Of a stretch of DNA of 64,000 nucleotides, positions 60,063 to 64,000 are shown one piece after another. Made by a program: the position numbers and the translations under genes. The stretch is taken from assembly GCA_026986575.1 (NCBI GenBank), contig JALSOH010000006.1:320001-384000 (forward strand). The letters run 5' to 3'. This DNA is from Thermoproteota archaeon (GTDB lineage Archaea; Korarchaeota; Korarchaeia; Korarchaeales; Korarchaeaceae). Each line of letters begins with the position of its first letter. Within the stretch, counting starts at the first letter, position 1. The notes below the pieces were generated by a model. That model was not told where the DNA came from and did no database searches. It saw nothing but the letters and a program-made list of their open reading frames with translations.

Positions 60063-60497
60063 TCACCAAACTGCGAGCACCACCATGCTGAGGGTCCCGC
60101 TGACCCCTTCCATACCCCTGATCCTTTCGATCGTCTGGTTGAGGCTGACGGTATCGGGACTAGCTATCTCCACGACTATATCATACTCCCCGGTTACTTC
60201 GCATGCCTTGACGACGTCTCTTAGATCGGATATGGTCTTAGCGATCTCAGGGATGTTGTGTCCAGGCCTCACTTTCACGAGTACTATTGCCTTCATTCCA
60301 GATTCGCCGATTTCGATTGTGAACCTCTTTATCACACCGCTCTTAATCAACTTGCTGACTCTCTTCCTGATAGTTGCCTCGCTAACGTTCAATTTCTTCG
60401 CAATTTCAGTGTAGGGAGTTCTTGCATCCCTAATTAACATCTCCAGTATCTTCCGGTCCATCTCATCCAGCAATAGGCTCCCCGGGAATAGAGTCAT
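60063..60497 (-). CDS. Lrp/AsnC family transcriptional regulator
   Basis: LDEMDRKIL..L..DAR.PY.EIA..L.VSEATIRKR, EVTGEYD. Confidence 0.93.
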   Translation of the reverse strand: MTLFPGSLLLDEMDRKILEMLIRDARTPYTEIAKKLNVSEATIRKRVSKLIKSGVIKRFTIEIGESGMKAIVLVKVRPGHNIPEIAKTISDLRDVVKACEVTGEYDIVVEIASPDTVSLNQTIERIRGMEGVSGTLSMVVLAVW

Positions 60498-61018
60498 GAT
60501 AAGTAATTAATTTGCCTTGATTGATCAGCTTCTCGTGACTGATGGATACGATAATCGCACCTTACCACAGTGGCTAATAGTTTGAGAAGCCTGTAGGACA
60601 TGCCCCAGACAACGTAACCGCAACAAGAGATGGCCCTGACTAGGATATCCCTCCTAGGGATGAACGCGAAACCCTCCCTCATATCCCTGAGATCCATCCA
60701 GAAGAGGTCCTCGACTTCTTCCCCCACCTCCGGGCTAACCTCACCCACCCTGAAGACGAAGGGTACGACCCGCATCCTCTTGCTCAAAGGGGATATCACG
60801 GGCATCCTCGCCGTCAGGGATTTGGGATCCAGTGAGAGGTTGACTTCCTCCCTCACCTCCCTAATGGCTGTATCCAGGCAGCTCTCATCCCCTGGCTCTA
60901 CACTCCCTCCCGGAAAGCTGACATTCCATGAGAACGGATCCCTAGGATCTGGTTTCCTCCTAATCATCAGGACCTTGCAGCCTTTGAGGAGTATCCCCAC
61001 CGCTGCATCGCATTCCAT
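60494..61018 (-). CDS. Nudix hydrolase, CoA pyrophosphatase-like
   Basis: SFPGG..EPGD....TAIREVREEV Nudix box; VWGMSY. Confidence 0.85.
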   Translation of the reverse strand: MECDAAVGILLKGCKVLMIRRKPDPRDPFSWNVSFPGGSVEPGDESCLDTAIREVREEVNLSLDPKSLTARMPVISPLSKRMRVVPFVFRVGEVSPEVGEEVEDLFWMDLRDMREGFAFIPRRDILVRAISCCGYVVWGMSYRLLKLLATVVRCDYRIHQSREADQSRQINYLS

Positions 61019-61066
61019 ACAACCATCAATAGTTTAAATTCCAGAGAGTAATAAAGGGTTGAGAAG

Positions 61067-61867
61067 GTGCCTCGATTGGGGCTGCTGGACCTACTCTATA
61101 GACTGGCAAGCCTGCTGGAGATGCCCCTCTACAAGAGATACTTGGAGTCAAAAGTGAGAGAAGGGGAAATTCCCAAGCATGTAGCCCTCATACTTGATGG
61201 AAATAGGAGATTCGCTCAGAAACTCGGACTCGATTACCTGAACGCCTACAGGATGGGGGCGAGCAGAACTGAGGAGCTGCTCGACTGGTTACTTGAGCTG
61301 GGAGTTGACCACGTCACACTCTACGCCTTCTCAACAGAGAACTTCTCTAGACCCAAGGAACAAGTGGAGGCCGTTTTTAAGGTGATAGAGGAGAAGCTGA
61401 GGGACCTTATGGAGAAAAAGGAGAAATTGCGGAGGAATAGGGTGAGGTTCAGGATAGTTGGGAAGAAGGAACTTCTCCCCGATCGCATCAGGGAACTAGC
61501 AGAGGAGCTGGAGGCCATGACCAAGGACTTCGGAAATAAGACCCTGAATCTAGCGGTGGCCTACGGTGGTAGAGCGGAGATAGTGGATGCCGTCAGGAAA
61601 ATAGCCAGAGAAGTGGCGGAGGGTAAGCTTGGACCGGAGGAGATAGATGAGAATGTCATAAGGTCCCATCTCTACGCCCCAGACCTTCCCGACCCAGACC
61701 TCATAATCAGGACATCGGGAGAGGAGAGGCTGAGCAACTTCCTGCTGTGGCAATCCGCCTACTCGGAGCTGTACTTTTGCGAGGTTTATCTCCCGGAGTT
61801 GAGGAAGGTAGATATCTTAAGAGCGATAAGAGACTATCAAAGGAGGAAGAGGAGATTTGGAGGCTAG
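61067..61867 (+). CDS. uppS: cis-prenyltransferase (polyprenyl diphosphate synthase)
   Basis: HVA.ILDGNRR, YAFSTENF.R, YGGRAEI, IRTSGEERLSNFLLWQ, RRFG. Confidence 0.95.
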   Translation: MPRLGLLDLLYRLASLLEMPLYKRYLESKVREGEIPKHVALILDGNRRFAQKLGLDYLNAYRMGASRTEELLDWLLELGVDHVTLYAFSTENFSRPKEQVEAVFKVIEEKLRDLMEKKEKLRRNRVRFRIVGKKELLPDRIRELAEELEAMTKDFGNKTLNLAVAYGGRAEIVDAVRKIAREVAEGKLGPEEIDENVIRSHLYAPDLPDPDLIIRTSGEERLSNFLLWQSAYSELYFCEVYLPELRKVDILRAIRDYQRRKRRFGG

Positions 61868-62747
61868 AGAACCCAAGATAGATATTGGAGGGGCTATACT
61901 GGACTTGAACGTGCTCAGGGATGAGTATGGTATAAGGACGGACCTAACACATCAGGTGAAGGTTGAGGGGCTGGATGGACGACTCACTAGGCTCATGAAA
62001 GTGATGATCCCTGACTTCAACGTGTACCTGCTGGAGACCCCCCACATCCTGAGGTACATATCCCATCCGCACATAGCGGGGGAATCACTCGAGGTCCTCC
62101 TCTCGGAGAACTCCTCCCTCCTCAGGAGGATAGTGGACAGGTTCACCCTCCAGAGGTTCGGCAAGATAGTGGCCGCTGAGAGTCTGGTAAGGAAGATGGG
62201 ACTGGACATACCCTTTTTAAACGAGCTCAGGGACCTTGCCGATGTCGTCGCAATAGTGCCCACTCCTATCAGCAAGGAGTGGGTGGAGGCCTTTGAATCC
62301 AGCATCAGGGAGAGAGGAGGGAGGCTGAGGGTCATCCTCTTTCTAGGGCCCCTGAGTAGGGAGGATGTGAACATCTTGGGGGACGAGGCCAACTCCCTTG
62401 GCGTGGATTCGATATTCCTAGCTCCCGCTTTGCTCGGGAGCAGGGACAGCAGGGGGGCTCTTGTCGCCTACGGTATGGATATAGGTCTGCTTAGGCACGG
62501 TAAGGTGGTCGAGCTGGGATCGGTGGTGGACGAAATAACTCTCTGTAGGCTGCTCAGAGATTACCCTCCGGGCATAGATGTGTCCGGTCTGAGGGAGAGG
62601 ATCCAACCAGATCTGAATTACCTCAGATCGATCTTGGATGACATACTTTTTCTCCTAGAGCAACCGGTCTTCGATCCTTGGCAGATAGAGATCCTGATGA
62701 GGGAGGCCAAGAACCTGAGGAGGCAGCTGATGAGGTATGGCGGGTGA
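61857..62747 (+). CDS. Hypothetical protein (possibly degenerate PRTase-like fold)
   Basis: 296-aa ORF overlapping both neighbours; fold guess is weak. Confidence 0.55.
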   Translation: MEAREPKIDIGGAILDLNVLRDEYGIRTDLTHQVKVEGLDGRLTRLMKVMIPDFNVYLLETPHILRYISHPHIAGESLEVLLSENSSLLRRIVDRFTLQRFGKIVAAESLVRKMGLDIPFLNELRDLADVVAIVPTPISKEWVEAFESSIRERGGRLRVILFLGPLSREDVNILGDEANSLGVDSIFLAPALLGSRDSRGALVAYGMDIGLLRHGKVVELGSVVDEITLCRLLRDYPPGIDVSGLRERIQPDLNYLRSILDDILFLLEQPVFDPWQIEILMREAKNLRRQLMRYGG

Positions 62748-63462
62748 CCCCCCCGAGATCTTCCTCGTAGGAGTGGATGAAAGTCTGGGGAAGCTGGGGG
62801 ATTATGTTCTATCCAAGGGCCCCCTCACCGATAAGAGGTGGGGCGTCTCCGTAACTGGTCCCACAGAACTCCTCCTGAGGAATATGGGGCTGAGGGCCCT
62901 AGCTAGGTTATCGGTGTGGGAGAGGGATGCACTCAAGAGAATCCACGAAAAGGCCCTAGATAGCGTCCTAAGCTTCATCAGATCCTTGAATCCTGTTCCA
63001 GACTTCGTGCTAGTGGCAGATGACTGTGCCTCCTATGAGGGGCCTCTCCTACCTAGGTGGTACATTGAGGAACTTTATCTGAGCTCACACGAGCTCCTAG
63101 CCGAGGAGATAAGGTCTGTTGGCGCTGCAGCCTTCTTGCACGCGGACGGTAACTACGGGTCCTACTTCAGGGAGATTGGGAGAATATGGGACCTCGTGCA
63201 CCCGCTTGACATACATCCTAGGGGCGACCTCACGGACTATATGAGTTGGTTGAAGGCAGCAGCTAAGATCAGATCGAAAATAGGTAGCACGATCGCCACT
63301 GGAATAGCTTTCGAGCTAGGCAGTGAGGAATTAATCGTTAGAGCCGTGAAGGAACTCCTCAAACGGGACGTAGGGGATATAGTGCTCTCTAACTTCCATC
63401 CACCTATGACCAGATTGGATGTGAGGATGTTAGTGGGGATGATCAGGGATGCCCTGTCCTGA
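62737..63462 (+). CDS. Uroporphyrinogen decarboxylase/methylcobamide methyltransferase-like TIM-barrel fragment
   Basis: VADD.A...GPLL, FLHADGN, VHPLD motifs. Confidence 0.6.
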   Translation: MAGDPPEIFLVGVDESLGKLGDYVLSKGPLTDKRWGVSVTGPTELLLRNMGLRALARLSVWERDALKRIHEKALDSVLSFIRSLNPVPDFVLVADDCASYEGPLLPRWYIEELYLSSHELLAEEIRSVGAAAFLHADGNYGSYFREIGRIWDLVHPLDIHPRGDLTDYMSWLKAAAKIRSKIGSTIATGIAFELGSEELIVRAVKELLKRDVGDIVLSNFHPPMTRLDVRMLVGMIRDALS

Positions 63463-64000
63463 CCCGGAGCAGGTCGCCGAAGAGCTCCTCAAATCCATCA
63501 GGACGGGATGCGAAGCTTTTTGGAGCCAACTCAATGCGTTAACAGCGGACTGCAGGACTCCCACGAGGGGGATCGTTCCAAGATACGTGCTAATCTCGCT
63601 CGGAGACGCCATAGGTAAGAGAGCCCGCGTGGAGGACATCAGTCCGATGAAGGAGTGTTGGTGTGAGTCGGACGACGAGGTTAGAACGGTTCTAGCTGTT
63701 GTATTGAGTAGGTTGGCCATGATCTGTCCGGAAGAAGTGTTCTCTTCGCTGAGAGGGCTTGACTGCGGGGGCAGAATGCTTCTAGCGAGGTGGGTCTATC
63801 CTGTGCTAGGGCTGTGGAGCACATCCTACTTAGATTCCTTGGAGCGGCGAGATCTCTTCCTCTTGAGCTGGGCGTGGTACGCTAGGTACGTGCCAGAAGA
63901 CCTCGAGCTGTCCTTGGACAAGGTGCTCAGCAAATCGGATGTCATCGATAAATACTTGGTAATGGCGCTAAAGGAGCTCCGAAAGGTGAATCCCTCCAAG
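63449..64000 (+). CDS. Hypothetical helical-repeat protein (runs off window)
   Basis: Open from ATG 63449 (MPCPDPEQVAEELL...) to the window end; overlaps the upstream stop. Confidence 0.55.
   Translation, partial: MPCPDPEQVAEELLKSIRTGCEAFWSQLNALTADCRTPTRGIVPRYVLISLGDAIGKRARVEDISPMKECWCESDDEVRTVLAVVLSRLAMICPEEVFSSLRGLDCGGRMLLARWVYPVLGLWSTSYLDSLERRDLFLLSWAWYARYVPEDLELSLDKVLSKSDVIDKYLVMALKELRKVNPSK

Overview
Gene-dense archaeal chromosomal segment of moderate GC. Archaeal-type LeuRS/ArgRS, CDC48, archaemetzincin, TATA/BRE promoters and a BHB-intron tRNA support this; a thermophilic TACK-type archaeon, possibly Korarchaeota-like, is my inference only. About 60 mostly housekeeping CDS: tRNA modification (Trm5a-like, TtuA, TmcA), DNA repair/topology (ATL-EndoV fusion, Nth, GIY-YIG, TopA), a liv ABC transporter, ETF, a regulator-hsp20-cdc48 heat-shock locus, bacterial-type GAPDH, smc-scpA-scpB, and a divergent VirB11/TadC locus with an Ig-repeat surface protein. 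No CRISPR array, rRNA or mobile element was seen. Highlights: (1) a tRNA-Trp(CCA) with two introns that together appear to form a split box C/D guide aimed at its own C34; (2) a 1297-aa beta-helix/DUF11 surface protein with a PIN-like domain behind its membrane anchor; (3) a half-length SMC with a shortened kleisin; (4) an ATL(Trp)-EndoV fusion; (5) an internally deleted arsA pseudogene; (6) two genes whose conserved N-termini require non-canonical start codons. All family calls come from motif recognition by eye; no searches were run.
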